The notes beneath the pieces are model-generated. The model ran no database searches. It worked only from the letters and a program-made list of their open reading frames with translations, and was not told where the DNA came from. Below are positions 47,601-62,600 of a stretch of DNA of 64,000 nucleotides, piece after piece. Origin of the DNA: Yuukianura sp. NJ FZ-2021 (lineage: Eukaryota); NCBI GenBank assembly GCA_046563655.1, contig CM102290.1:8990001-9054000 (forward strand), given 5' to 3'. How positions within the stretch are numbered: position 1 is the stretch's first letter; every line of letters starts with the position of its first letter. Position numbers and translations under genes: made by a program.

Positions 47601-50600
47601 ATACAGACGGACGGAAAAAGACAGACGGACAGACAAAACCGGGCGAAGACACAAAGTATCGCATAAATTAGCTAGTTAAGTTTAACTAAAAGTAATGTTC
47701 TTGAATTACCCTTGACAATAACTTGTATTCACAAGAAAACGACATAAGGATGTTGATGAAGAGACTGCGATATTCTAAGCATTTGTTATCTTTCAGTTTT
47801 AAAACCTTGCACTAAAGATAAGTTTAACTAAAATTAATGTTCTTAAATTACCCTTGAAGTTCAATAACTTGTTTTCACAAGAGAACTACACATAAAGGAT
47901 GTTGAAGAGACTGCGAGATTCTAAGAATTTGTTATCTGTCAGTTTTAAAATCCTGCACTATTGCAAAATCTCTGCAGTTCAATTTCTTTAGAGTAATTTT
48001 CATCTTATGCTTTAGCTACTTTCAAAATGTACGTTTATTCTGCACAACTACTATTTTTAGTTTCAAGTTTATTTCAAATTTCCATCTCATACGTCCTTGT
48101 TCAAAATCGGGTAGAATCTATACTCATTCGCGGAGCTATTGGTACTTCTAACACTTGCGGAGAGTACAAATCAACTTGGCCGAAAGACTATGTGGTAAAC
48201 ATGCGGTTTACACTTAATTAAAAATACACAATAAATTCTTATTTCTGTTTAACAAGGTGACTCCCTGTGTGTCACATGCCAATTCAACTTGCCCCATTCA
48301 AATAGTACAAGCAAATGATCCAAATCCAATGTACACGACCACTATTTTCTACGGACCCACGGTTACTTTTGACTTTTGGTATCAACGATGGGCATTATGG
48401 CTTGTGACCAACGACACTACAAATACGGCAACAATTAGTCTACACTTGGAGTCCAAAAATTCCGAATGGACAGACTGGTGTACTGGAAAACCAAAATTCT
48501 GCTACTGGAAAAACTATACAATCACATCCTGTGCAAAACGAGGTTCTGATCGTGAGTTGTCTCCGATTGCATCTTTCAAGGTTTCTCCAGATACGTTAAA
48601 TACGTTTCCCACAGTGGATACATTTGATGTTTTTCTTCAACCCAACTGTCCTATTCGATGTGGAACTGCTAACCTTGGATGTTGCGAAACGTCAGCCACC
48701 ACATATAATTTTTGACTTTCAAATTAATTTCATTTAAAAAATAAAATCATCTGAGAAAAGGAGACTCACACTTAAACCAGATTGCTTCGCATTCTTGCTG
48801 GGGCAAGAATTTTTATAGTGTGAAAATAAGTATTAAGTGGGTTTGGGACAAAAGTGAAACAATTATTTTGTGATTCATTTCTGATTTTCATCTCATCTTT
48901 TCATTTTCAAAAAGTTCAAAAATGGCAAAGTCCAAAAATACGCAAAGGTGACTCTTCCCACAAGAATTTTTCTGTGTGGAAAACAATTGGCAATGACATG
49001 AAACGTCGTAAACAGTAAACTACAGACGGAAAAAAATTTTTTTCTTAAAATAATTTGAAAAAAAAAACAAGTTAATTTTGGTCCGAGAAATCTTCCGTCC
49101 ACTTTGAAAAAAATTTGCGGCTTACTAGGTAATTTTAAGTACTAAGATAAGTATGCATTCGCGGAATTATTTTCTTTAAAAATTATTATCAGTATTTCAT
49201 TAGTAGTTACAAAAGAATAGGTTCATCCTCTGTATAACACGAGCGTCCTGCTACAACTTCCGATTTCAAAATCCGTAGCTTTAGTACATAATTTTCAAAT
49301 TCCTTCAACCCACCAACAGTTAGGGCGGAATATTCTTACAATCTCTTCCAACTGAATCTCTGATGAGACAAACAGCGGCGTTTTCTTTGCTCAACTTTGC
49401 ATTTGAAAATAGTTTTGTTGGGGATTCTAAAACGTATTTTGAACCAAATTCTAAAATCAAATGAGCCAATAAGTAAAGTCGAGTCGGAGAAAACTTTCTC
49501 GTCCTCTGTTTCAGTTCGATGAAGATTCTAAAACTTTGTTCTGTGGTTGAAGAAACAAAGGAAATGGGAAAATAGGTCGACAATCTACTTCAACTATAGA
49601 CTTGGGGTACACCAGAAACGGCGTTCTGCTCTGAATTTGGAATTTGAACGAGTTGTGAAATATCACCATTAAACTTTCATAGATCAAAGGATGTGGATAG
49701 TCAGAAGTAGAGTGAAAAGAGAGTTTAGTTGCTGTAGCGTCTTTCCATGCCAATGTAGTCCAAGCGGAAGACAAAAAGAAAGTAAATTCAACTCCTTTGA
49801 CTAGAACAGACAACTCTTTTCTTTTCCATTTTCTTTCTTCTTTCTGCCGGTGGCGCCCATAAATGTATTGTTCTGAATTCGAAGCGAGGCTTTTGCATAT
49901 GGAGAGCCAGAAGGAGTTTTTAAAAAAGACGGGAGAGAAAACAATTCGTGTACTGAATCCTCTTTTGCTACTTTCCCCCTAATTCTGCCGATTCTGATCA
50001 GGAAGGAGTCTGAACTGAAACCTCGAAACAAATTCCCTTCTACTCTTTCCATGTTGTGCCTACTTGTGCATGGACAAGTTGTTTGGACTGGAGAAGGTAA
50101 CAATAGGAAAGGAGAGTGGGCCTGTAATCGCTTCGGAGATAAGTAGACAGAACAGACACAACAAGATGGTTCGCCAAGCCTCTCCTCAGCATCAGCTCAG
50201 AGACCAACAGAGAGAAAGTTGCCCAACTTTTCCTCATCCAAATTCAATTTCAAAACTATGTAAAATGGTTCTTTGGGTTTTGGGTTGAAAGGACTGGTGG
50301 AAGACGAGGCTCCCAATAACATTTTCCTTGGACTTTTTCTGCTCCGTGCTGTTGGTTCCCATTACAGTGCCAAGGCACACATGAGCAACCAACTTTCTAA
50401 TCTCCTTCCCTTCTGTCCTACCCAAATCGTTTCCTTTCACTTTATAAAGTTTCGAATATTTCCAAACCAGCCATGCATCAAACCCTCCCAGAACTCGTAC
50501 ACTTTCTTCGTAGCCCCCTGATGCACACAAACTTTGTCTGCCTTGCCCACCCATCCATACAAAATCAACAAGAGCACTCCTCTCCAATAAATTATCAACT

Positions 50601-53600
50601 TCTTCCTCTTCCCTTCCAAAGTCCAAAGACCAAAAGACTTTCTCAATTTTTTATTCCTTTGATTTTAGGCTCAACTCCTGGATTCATGATTTGGAGCCGA
50701 TGGGCTTTCACCTCGTCAACATTGGACTACATGCAGTGGTCTCCCTCCTCTTCGTCAGACTCTGTCTCAACGTCGTCCGAATGAAGGGTTCCAGTACTCT
50801 CGTCGCTGGGCTTCACTTTGCTACGCATCCTATCCACACTGAAGCCGTAAGACAAACTTACTTTATCAAAAAGAGTTCAAAAGAACGAAATAAACAAATA
50901 GTCTTGCATTGCTGGCGAAATTTTAACTTAATACGACGGTTTAATGAAAATGAAACTGAATTCAGTGTAAATGAAAGTTTTGAAAAATAGCGAAGGTGGA
51001 CTAAGGGCATTAAAATAACAAATCGGGTGGCAAGTGAAAGGAGAGCCCTGTTAAAGTCCTACCTCCTGACTTTTCTTGTCTGATTTGTGGGAATTTGGAC
51101 TAAAAAGTGACAAATGTGTAGTAAAAAGCGAGAGTTGTCAAGGGTTAAATCAATAGGCCATAACTTGTATTGGAGAGACAAGTAAGAGGAAGTAAAAGAG
51201 GAACCTGACGTTGATTTATATTCTGGAGGAAAACTACTTTCTCTACTTTCTCCGCCCTTCCAGGTATCCGGAATTGTGGGCAGAGCCGACGTCTTGGCAG
51301 CTTTCTTTGTCTTAACTTCCTTCCTCTGCTATCACAGGTAAGGTTACAAGTCTCTACCTTCATTCATCATTTCCAACCCACCAAAGTAAGGATGAGAACC
51401 ACTGACAAATTTCCAACTCAAAGTCTCCCACTTTCTCCATTCACAACGACCACCTCTCAAAGACAGGCGAGAGACATGCAGTGGAGAAATGGCCCAAAAA
51501 CAATCCTTCCCTCCCACCAACAAATTTAGCCAAAGTGTTACAACCTCCAAAACGAAGTCCAATTCCTGGAAGTCTCTGCCAAAGTTTCTTTCTTTGGATG
51601 GAAGTTGCCCTCTGTTCGCCTGAGCCTACCCCCAGGGAACCTTCCAATCAAATCTACTTTCTCTCGCTCCTTTCAGCCCCGACTGCTTTCTTTTTTAGAA
51701 ACTGGAGCACAAAGAGCCTTCTTAGCCCCAACTCCTTAATAACAGGAGAAAAGAGACAGAAGTTGTGCAGTGGGACCTCACTTTTCTCTGCCCATCATCT
51801 CCCACGCGTCACAAGTCCCTGTCTCCACACCAACTCAAACCTCCATTCCATTACTTGGTTCTCATGACAAAAAGAATACTTTCAAACTCCCACTAAACTT
51901 TCTCCCAAAGCCCAGCCACGACCACAGAAGGCATCCAACCTCATCATCACAACGGCCCAGCCCATTTCTTATGCATGAGCTCCCGCAGTTCCCAACCTAC
52001 TGGATCACAATATGTGCCCACAAATAATCATTTTCTCCACTGCCCACATACACTCCTCTCTATCAACCCAATAATGAGGAACAGGGAAAGCCCAACACAA
52101 AGGCAATGCAACCAGAAAATGAGATCATTACACCGTTGGAGTCTACGGCTGTCGAGCCGTGACCGCTCCCCTCAAATCCCCCTGCCACTCACCCTAACAT
52201 GCTTTTCAAAAACAAAAGGAAAAGTGACACGCCGGAAGTGAAAACATTGTCTGGAAATGTCACTTGTATTTTTGACAAGAACGACAACAAAATCCAGTCT
52301 AAGCTTCAAAAGGTCCAGTTGACCATTTTCACGGAAATCCAGGGTTGGATTGGTTCCAATTCCTCCCAGTACTAAAAGATATCCTTAAAAACTTTCGAGT
52401 GTTTCCCACTCCTTTACTTATTTAGACACATTTAGCGGAAAAGGTTTCAAAGTTTGGCTTAGCAATAGCTATTTCCTTTGAGCTCTACCAGACCCACGTC
52501 AGCCCCACCCGTCGTGGCCATTACGACTCACGGTGGCATCACTTCCTCGTAGCAGGGTGATTCGAGGGCATCTAGGTTTTGAAGGGGATTAAGTAGGAAG
52601 CTGGAACCATGTCAGGAGTAACAAGTTCCAAATCCATTGGAAGGAGATTCTCTTCCCGTGCCAAGTACTTCGGAGGGGAACGATGGTGCAGGGGAGAGAT
52701 AAGCTCTGATCCCTATGCAGCCAAAATCATCATGTATGTTTGGCAGACTTTCAGAGAATGACAGAGTGAAAGCAATTTTCCGGATTGCAAATTTTTTTTA
52801 TTTCACAAACACTGGGTCTCTCTTTGGGGAGAGACGTTTTTGAGGAGGTAGGGAATGTTTGTTTAATCCACTGAGCTGGAACCTTCCCACTTTTTCCAAA
52901 TGGAAAGTTCCCTTCCTCAAGATTTGGAGGCAATGAATCATTCTGTCCTCTCACAATAGTGATCAAAAGGAAATGATTTGTCAAAGGGAGGGGAGCCTTG
53001 GGACGGGCCCTTTATTCACTCACCCATCTTCAGACAACAACTCCCTTATCCACCATTTTCCCATTTCAATTTACCTAACCAATTTCACCTCCCAAACACG
53101 TTACTCAACTCCAGTCAACTGAAACGCCTTACACATTCCCCCCAATTCCATCAGTTCAAGAGGGCAACAGACCAGGATTCCACTAACCGGACGGACCCAA
53201 GTCCCGTGTGCTCGTCACGAACTTCCTAAAATAACCAATAACCTCTACTCTTTTGACAAAGGAAAGTTCAAATACAAAGGAAAGAAAGCCCTTTCAAAAT
53301 CCAAAACAAAAGTTTGAATTTTTAAAATCCTGCCATCCATTGAGTCAGGAGTAAACAACAGTCTCGTCCTCTTTTGTTCCGTGACGTTCGCTCTACTCTG
53401 TAAGTTACGAACCCCTATCATCAAAGAATTAAAAGTGATTGGCAGGTTGAGAGCCATAGAATCCTTACTTGAATTTCCTTTTCAACTTGTCAACTCCAGT
53501 TTAAGTAAAAGGAGGGAGGAGGAGACACTGAAAATTACAGTTGATGAAAGCAAATATACTAGTACTATACGACGCAATGGGAAATGTGCCTTTCTCCATT

Positions 53601-56600
53601 TATTTTGAGAAAAAACAGATACAGAAAAACCCTATTCTCTCCATCGATTTCCTTTCTGTCCTCATCAGAAAAAGAACGATGAGTCCCATATGCCAGTAGT
53701 ACTTAAAAGGACGCACGCCAAAAAAAAAAAGAAAAGTCGTATGCATTTTTTATTTGTAGGGAGTACCCGCCGAGACTACTAAAACTAATGCCAATTTCAT
53801 AGACACTTGAGTGTTTTCAACTACTGACAAACACACCTCCCTCTTCTAGAACTTTACTTTTATGTTAGCCCAAGCCAAGGCACACAAGACTCTCATCATT
53901 TCCCAATCAATAGACCACGCCTACGGAATGATCAACGCCAAAAATCCACCCTAGAGTCTTGGCCCCGCATTCTATTCATTATGTACTCGCTCCAAATAAA
54001 AAAAAAATTACGTTCCGGAGTTACAGTGGGTTTTTGCAGTCCATAAAACCAAGTGAGCCTAAATCTAAATATTCAGTTTTCTCCCAATTCCCCCTTTCTG
54101 CCGCCAGTTCTAACGAGCATTTTAGACTTTCCTCAACTTTATAGTTTGAGAAAAAAAATTAATTTATGAAGGGTATGGCGCTTGACTGAGCGGCGAGAAA
54201 GAAAGCGAGAGAAAAGTTAAAGGTTTAAGCTCAACTCCTTAATTTTTTGGAAGCTCCAAAGACTAAACTGATGAGGAGGTTGAGGATGGATTTTAAGCGG
54301 AAAAACTGCAGTGTAAAACCGGAGAAAACAGCGGAAGGAAAAGGATAGGGAGTGAATGAGGGAGTTCGTACTATGTACTAAGGTTGTGAAAGTGAAAGGA
54401 ACGGAAAGTTGTAAAGTAATTAGAGAAACTAAACTTCCACCTGAGCTTTCACTTTTTTCTTCCTCTTTTCTTGGATAAATTGAGAAAGTTGGCGGGAGTC
54501 AATGTTGTTAATTATAAAGGGAGTTCTGGAGGCCATCAACGAAAACCCAGCACACAACCAAAGGCCCTAAATGATGACGGAAGGTCTACGGAACTTTGTC
54601 CAGGATTTCAAGATTTTTTGGCAATCGTTCCTCTCCTCGCCTTTCACCATCACAGCAACTAGTTTCCCCCTCTCCTTCTCCCATGAATAAATAATAGGAA
54701 ACGTCAGATGCAAGGTTTTGGCAAGGGAATTTATAGGCCCTTAAGAAAGATCCAATAGAATCTCCCTTAAGGAAATTCCCTCAAATGGGAATTCTCTCCA
54801 TAGCGCTATTCCAAGGGCTTCTCTCCCAAGGTCTTATTACGAACTGCACTGGCATAACCAAATCCACATTCAAAAAGTCTTGGATCCAAAACAATACTCT
54901 TTGTAGCCATGGCCTACAGTTTCCAAATATCGATTGCCAGGTTCAGAAGCACTTCCCGCCAACGGATACTTTGTTGGAGAAAGTACGAAATTGACGAAGG
55001 TGTCGCAATGACACTCATGGAGCCCTTGATCCCAACGCCCTTTTCATGCATTTTCACCTTCCGCCAGATTTCCCTCAAGCTCTTCCAAGAATTCCTCAAA
55101 TTTCCAAACCCATTTGTAAACCTATCCTCAAGATGTCGCAAACACAATGACGAAATTCACATGACATCGCGATACCACAACCACGACGGTGTAAATGTCA
55201 ACAAGACAATAAGTTACAAGTTCACCGCTAGGAAACCCATAAAGTTTAGCAGAAATTCAGCCCACGCATAACGTAATTTCGAAAACAAAACTTTCAACAT
55301 AACCAGCAGTTAACAATTTTTTGCGAAATTGGAGCCTCCTACAGTAAAACCACTGATTTGGACACTTCCTATGATTGGTTGGTTGAAAAATTTTTCACGC
55401 GTACCGTAGCCTTTCTATGAATTGTCCATTGGAGATATTGAACCAACCAAAGTGTCGATACTTCCCTTGTGTAAAGTTCAGATCTCTTTAAAAAGTTAAC
55501 TTTTTTTTTACCGTGTTTAATGTGCTTAAACCAGCAAAAAAAAGTTTCCAAAACAGAAGTTTCACTGTAGTTACCTCATTTTCCCAGTTTTATTATAATA
55601 CCTTTTGAAAATATTTCTCAGTTGAGAAAATGACAAGGGTTTGTCGCTACGACAAAGCTTATAATAGGCAAAAAATGGTTTTAAAATGTGATTTGGTAGC
55701 AAGAGTTGTTGCAAGAGCTTTTCTCGTGGGAAGATTGGAGGAAGTAGGGAAGATAAGGCGATTATGTGGTAAGATATTCGGAATTGCAAGAAGTGAACTA
55801 TCCTACCTCACCCACATGTATCACTCCACTAGTCTCCTTCTGGAGGGGGAGACTGATCCTGAAAAAGAAAAAACGAATACTGAAATTGGTTGAAGGAAGG
55901 GGCTTGGAAATCCGTTTTGGTTGGCGCGCGTTTTCTCTCAATCTGATATCTCTCCCTCCAAATCCATACTAATACATTTCCCCCACTTTCTCTCAACACT
56001 TTCCCCTCCCTCTCCCTCCCCCCACATCAAATTTCACCTATTCAAATTCCGTCTCTGTCATTCACACTCACGCATTTTCCTCCGCTCTCAGCCTCTTTTC
56101 TATCCAAAAAGTCACCCAGAAAATAATACAATCCTATCAAAGTGTTCTTCCCCTCGCTTTCTCCGCTTCCGCATCTCTCCGTTTTATTCCAAAGCATTTT
56201 GGACTTCCAACAATCAAATTCTAAACAACTTCCAACCTAAAAACGAATTCCAATCAAACAATCAAACATCACAAAGACACATTCTCTTCGGTAGAAAGTA
56301 AAATATAAAACTGTTTACAAAACCAAAGAAGGAATTTGGACAAAAATATTGATAAGCGTAAGGAATACAAAATACGCAAAAGTGACAAGAGTGGAATTTC
56401 CATTTTAGCATGATTCGAGGCCGGTCTAGCTCCACCCCCTGTTCTGTCCTTGGTCTTTCTTAATAACTTATGAAAACTCAAATTCGACTTGACATGCAGT
56501 AATTATTAATAGTCTCTCAACTCAAAAGTTACTCCTAGTCTGGGAGTGTCTAAGGGCACTAGGGACACTACTACCAAGGAAAGCAATCGAACAGGAGAGA

Positions 56601-59600
56601 GGGAAAGTGCACGGGGAAATTGGGATTCAACTTTAACTTTCTGCTCCGCTCTCTAAAGACACATAATTTCATAAGTCTCATAAAATTTACGTCAGGGAAG
56701 CGGGAGTTTGGTAAAAGAAAGTTTATTTCTAGTAATTCCTCTTCTCTTGGTCGCCGCTTCTTCCCCCAACTACCACCGGAATAAGCATCTTCTTCTTCCC
56801 AAAATCTTTCTTCAACAAGTTTTTCCATAAAATTCTCTCAGTCCCTGTCCTTCTGGTTATATTTTTTACGACAATTTCCTCTTTTCTCCTTTCTTTGGGA
56901 GCTAGAGTTATGACTCTCCTCAAATGGGTGCCCCTGCCCATAAAATCTCAAAAGGATTCAAGGAAATGGCCCTGCCCAGATCATCTCCACCACTCACACA
57001 ATATCCTAACCTAACATCTTCCCCAACGTCTCACACTCCCTAACAAAAGACTACCTTTTCAATACGCCTTTCCTAAGCCTAATCTCCAATTTACTCAAGG
57101 AGAAAGCAAGAGACTCATAACTAATCACTCACGATCCTCAGCCTTTGCTGAACCGCAGGAGCAGCCAAACAGGTTTCAAAATGAACGGAGAGAAAACAAG
57201 GCTGGTTTCCTTAGGTTTTCAAAAGGAAGCGGGACAAGGGAGCAACCAAAACAAGAAGGCGGAGTAGACAGAAAGCGTGTAGGACTTTCTCCCTCTCTCA
57301 ACTTTTGTTGTTCCTACGGAGAACGAGCAGAGTCCTGGAGGAGAAAGCTATGATTAAAGAGGGAAATCAGTTACTATGAACACACCTAAACCTAATTACT
57401 TGGAAAAAGAAAGAAATTGCGTGTGGGCATGCCATATTTATCGTCTTCTACATTTGTCCACTAACACCCAATTACGCTTTATCGTTCCACTCCCTCCCCA
57501 CAACACACACCACCCGCACCAAAAACTTCCACTAACAAACTTTTACTTTCTACTTTTCACCCGCTGACTCTGCACCAACTCCCGACTTCCGCCTCCAGCC
57601 GCCAAACACTTCCCCTCAAATCCTTTTTAATTACATATGTCGCTCGGCTTATTAATCACCTTCCGCCAGGTACAACAAACGCCACTGCCACAAATACGAA
57701 TTACAAATCATCACTCACCTTGTAAACAAGACATCACACCCTTAACCTCTAATGAACCACAACAGCACACACCGCCTTATCGCTTCTCTATTCGGTTTTC
57801 ATCACTGTTCCTGCATGTCCAATCTTTTGACATTTCATCTACACATGGATATCCAGTGGATGAAACTGGCAAATTAGAAGAAAATTGGCGGAGCTTTCGG
57901 ATTTTGGAGGAAACTTTAAAAATGAATTTGTTTGAACTTCGCGCTAAATTATTTTCTTTCATTCACCAAACGTTTCGTCAAGTAGGGACCAATTTCTTCT
58001 GTGGATATCCAGTTCAAGGGAGAAGCAATGCCTTGCTGTACATTTGAGCATCCAGTAATACTGATTTTTACTAACCAAATAATGTCAACTGCACGAAGGT
58101 TCTTTCCACACTGATTCCTTTCACAGGACTTTCTCCCTGATTGCTCTCCCATCCTAACTCTAACTTCCTCTCTTCGGATTTAATAGAAAAGGCATGCAAA
58201 CATGGACGAAGATTGGATACCAAAACCGTTGTTTCTATCGAACGACAACAGCAGGAAAGACTAGCAGAGGAATTTCACTGGAGGCTTCTAGCCATGTTAT
58301 TAAATTCTAGAAAACCAAACACAGCTGTGTTTCCAGCACATTTTTCCATCAAAAACTGCACCAGATTTTAACTCACTTTCCACCCTCCCAACCGATTATT
58401 ACTTATTCAACGATTATTATCCAGTTTTACACACAACCAAAAGTTTCTTCGCAGGACTTTCCTCGACAAGTAAAACTTTCTGCAAAGTTTTTCTCGAATC
58501 AAGGCTTACAGTCTTTTGTAAACGGGGAATAACACTTGATAAAATCGTCAGTGATTTAAATCATTTACTACACAAACCATGCCTAACACTGAGAAGTTTA
58601 GATCCAGAGAGGACCAAGTATGAGAATATTGGTTAATATCACAGATACCTTACTTGCAATTTCCTCACCTCAGGGCCTCCATATTAGAACTGAAAACCTT
58701 TGAAACTAATTTTCTTTTGGTGCAAAAAATTGTTTATGAGAACAAAAACCTTTACCGGGTTCTGCAGAATATTGTTTGCCTGAAGCCCTTAATGCTTTTC
58801 CAAGTATTTTCAAAAAGTTATGACTTTCATAGTTACGCTGGTTCACAGCAGGGACTTTAGCCCTTATTCTTCTCTCATTTTCAGGTGCCAAAAGGACCCC
58901 AACGTGCAAGCAAAATTTGTTTATGTGTCCGTAGTCTTAGCATTCTGTGCAATGCTGTCAAAGGAGCATGGAGTTACAGTGCTCGGAATCAACGTCGTAT
59001 GGGATCTCTACTTGAACAGAACTCTACTGTCGGAGTAAGCCTCTCTCAAAAAATTAAAATTGGCTCAAAAGTTGTGAGGAGAAAGAAGAAAGTAGAAGAA
59101 TATCCGCGTTGGGTGGAATAAAAAGAGGAAGAAAGTGAAAACTAACAAAAACCAAGTCAAATAAAAGTTCTTCACAGGCAACGAGCCAGCACAACTAACT
59201 TTTCCTATAAATTAATATTTCATGAATTTTTTCCTTCTCTTTTTTATAGGTACGTAACGATGGGAAAGAAGAGCTCCGAGGTCCGCAATTTGTTCAAGAG
59301 ACTATTTATTGTAGGATTTGGGGTAGGAATCACTTCTCTTCCCATTATTTTTCCAAGCTTTTTTTTTTGAAAATTAATCCTCCCTTTTCAGAAGCAAAAG
59401 AGAGAGGTCTCTAGCCTTTACATTTTTTCATTTTGAATCCATTATTATCCGCTAGAATCTCTCCCTCGGTTTCTAATAATCATAAAATCATTCATTCCCC
59501 TTTCTCCACTTCTGGAGCAAAGGAGACTTCCTCAAATTCTTCTTGCAAGTACGAAAGGAAAAGGAAGATGCGCCTATGAATCAAAAGTTCTAATTATGCC

Positions 59601-62600
59601 ACATTCCTAACCTGCTCTTTCTTCATACGCAACATTTTTGCAGAGCTTTGCCTTCATTTGCTTCCGGATTTTGATGCTCCAAGGATGTCTGCCCCAGTTT
59701 TCAGATCAAGACAATCCTGCCTCATTTGCCAAATCCAAGCTAACAAGGTCAGACCACAAACTGATCTTTCACTTTTCAAAACAGTCAAATAAGAGGATTT
59801 GGATCGAAAAACAAATGTTACCAAAACGTTCCAAATTTCACCGTTCCCATTTTTTAAACTTTGATTTGGTAAAAGTTTAGCATAGAGAAACGTAATACAC
59901 CTTTTTTTTAGCTGTAAAATCTAAAAAACAAATAGAAAGTATCAAAGTAGCAATACAACAAATCTGTTCAAATGCTAAATTTTGTCTACCGAGTCAAACT
60001 TTCAATCTCAAAGACAAACTGGAACATCACACAAATAACCTTTTAAAATGATTTGTGGTATTTTGATGAACAGATTTCGTACCTTCGCTTATTTACCAGC
60101 ATTCAACTTCTGGCTCCTCCTTGCCCCAATTTCGCTGAACTATGACTGGCAAATGGGGTCAATTCCGCTTATTCAGAAGTGGTCTGACTCCCGCAACATC
60201 ATCTCCTTCATCTTCTACGCTTTCATGTTCTTCACAATCTTTCACCTCCTCTCTAAGGTAAAACTATACATTGACATTGGTTAGGTTAAGGAAATGGAAC
60301 ATTCCGGTTGGTCAGGGATACATGGGAAAGTCAAGTCTAATCCAATGAGTCACAAATCCGAAAAATGTAAACGTGTCCAGCCAAACGGATCAGACGTGAC
60401 TCTAGGTGTGGATTTAAAAAGTTTGTCCAAGGAGAAAGACAATGTCCATTCACATCAAGAGAAAGTCTAGCGTCAAGATAATAACAAGTTCGAGACAGAA
60501 ACCCAAAACTTTTGTCACTACTTTTTCCTATCATCATTTCAGGGAAGGACACGACGGGATTTGGTCGTCGGCTTGACATTTCTCATCATTCCCTTCATAC
60601 CCGCCTCCAATCTTCTCTTCCGTGTTGGATTCGTTGTTGCCGAGAGAGTTCTGTACATCCCCAGGTAAATTCAAAAAAATAACATTGTCATTCCACGTAG
60701 GGACATTCAATGCTACACGAAAACAAGACAGGAATCGTTCAAATATGCAGTAAACCCTTCCCAATAAATGTTGGGCGACCATAGGGGAGTGTATAGTTTG
60801 CATTGAAAAGAGAAAAGAGACAAAGGGGGAGAAAAGAAAGTCGACATTTCCATGGGAAATGCATAAAAGTGAGTTCTGAAAGAGACCACAGCCTTCCCAA
60901 GGGACTTGTTCAGGTTGGATTGGTCAAGTCCCTGCGTGGATATAATCCTGGAGCTTCCAGCAATTGGAAAGTCGACTTTCACCTTCCATGTTACAAAAAC
61001 GAGGGAGAATCATATGAGGCAGCCCTTATTACTTGGTGCAGAAATACGCAGATTGATTTCCTTTTCACCTCAAAACTTTCTCCATTGAGCTCAACCGCAA
61101 GGCAAAGGCTCTTCATCCACAATTCATGACTCCCCCCTCCCGCAACCAATTTCATTCCGTTCTATCAATTCCTTAACCTTTCACCTCACACCACCCACAC
61201 ATAATACGGTCCAGTCAACACGCATTCCCTGGTTTTATCAAAACATTCGCTCCACAGCACAACACTTTCCAATTCTAAGACCTCCGCCAGATAATCCGCC
61301 CTCCTACTACACAAAACAAGAAACACGTTCATCACTTTCACTCCCTCCTCATCCCATTCCCAAACACAAAGAAAGCAACAAACCTCTCAAGCATCGTCCC
61401 CTTCCTTTGGCCTCAAAAAAAAATTGGAGAGCTGCCTGACATCATAAATAAAAGAGAGAACAGCACAGAGTCTCAAACCACACCAGCCAAAGGTTGCTCA
61501 GCTTTTCTGTGGTTAGCCCAAAAATTGAATGTTCCAAAAATCCTAGAGACACGAAAGTGATTTATGGCATTTCTGTTATTGGACTTAACTCGTGTTCAAA
61601 AGTCCATTCTGTTCCCATTCACAAACAAAAAGACATAATAGACAGCACAAGGGAAAATATGTCCAAAACTTACACCTCATACCGTGTGTAGTCGTCGTCA
61701 TGAATTATGTCGCCAATCCTTCCGCCACATGCCTCCTCGCATGTTTTTCCCAAACGAAAAACAAAAAAAAATCTATTTTCAAAAGAACGACCTCAATACA
61801 ACCAAAATACTGTCTCACAGCATTGATTTGCTATAAATTTTCTTTTAGAAATTTGTCAAATAATAAGAATACAGGGAGAAAAGTTTCATATCCTTTCACT
61901 AAACGAAAACTTGTCAACAGCAAATTAAAATTAACCGTCTCCTTCATAATATTTTGAATTCCGCTGCATGTTTCTGTCAAAGAACCCCAAAATTGTAGAC
62001 TGACACGCAGGAAATGGAACAAAAGTGAGATTGAATGCGAGTTAATGCTAAGGAAAAAATGGTGAGAGAAAGTGTAATTCAATATCGTTTCTCTTTTTAC
62101 AGCTTGGGATTCAGCCTGTTGTTGGGTGTTGGAGCTGGTAGACTCTTGTCTAATCAAAAGTCAGGAACGAGGGTTAACTTGGTCAAAGGTTTCCTGGTCC
62201 TTGGCCTCTGTGCCTTTGCTTCCAAAACTTGGCTACGAAATGAAGACTGGCGAAGTCGAGAATCACTTTTCACGTAAAAACGTTTCAACAATCAATATCC
62301 ACAGAGACTATAAGTTCATATTTAGTCGTCAGACAAAAAGACTATAGCCTAACTTAATTTTTGAGACACTTTGGACCACTTTCTGCTCCCTCTGAACCCA
62401 TTAGTCAAATTCTCACTTTTCAAGAACACAAAACAGAGGGGAAAGGGCAGCCTCAACGCCTTTTCTCCGTTTTTAACGAAGAGAAAGCGGAAAAGCCTTC
62501 CTATAATGATCCTCTGTCTTAATTTGATTTTAAGTCCTTGTGGTTTAAACGTGTCAAAATCTTTTCCCATTTATCATTCCCATTTTTCCCTTCCGAACGT

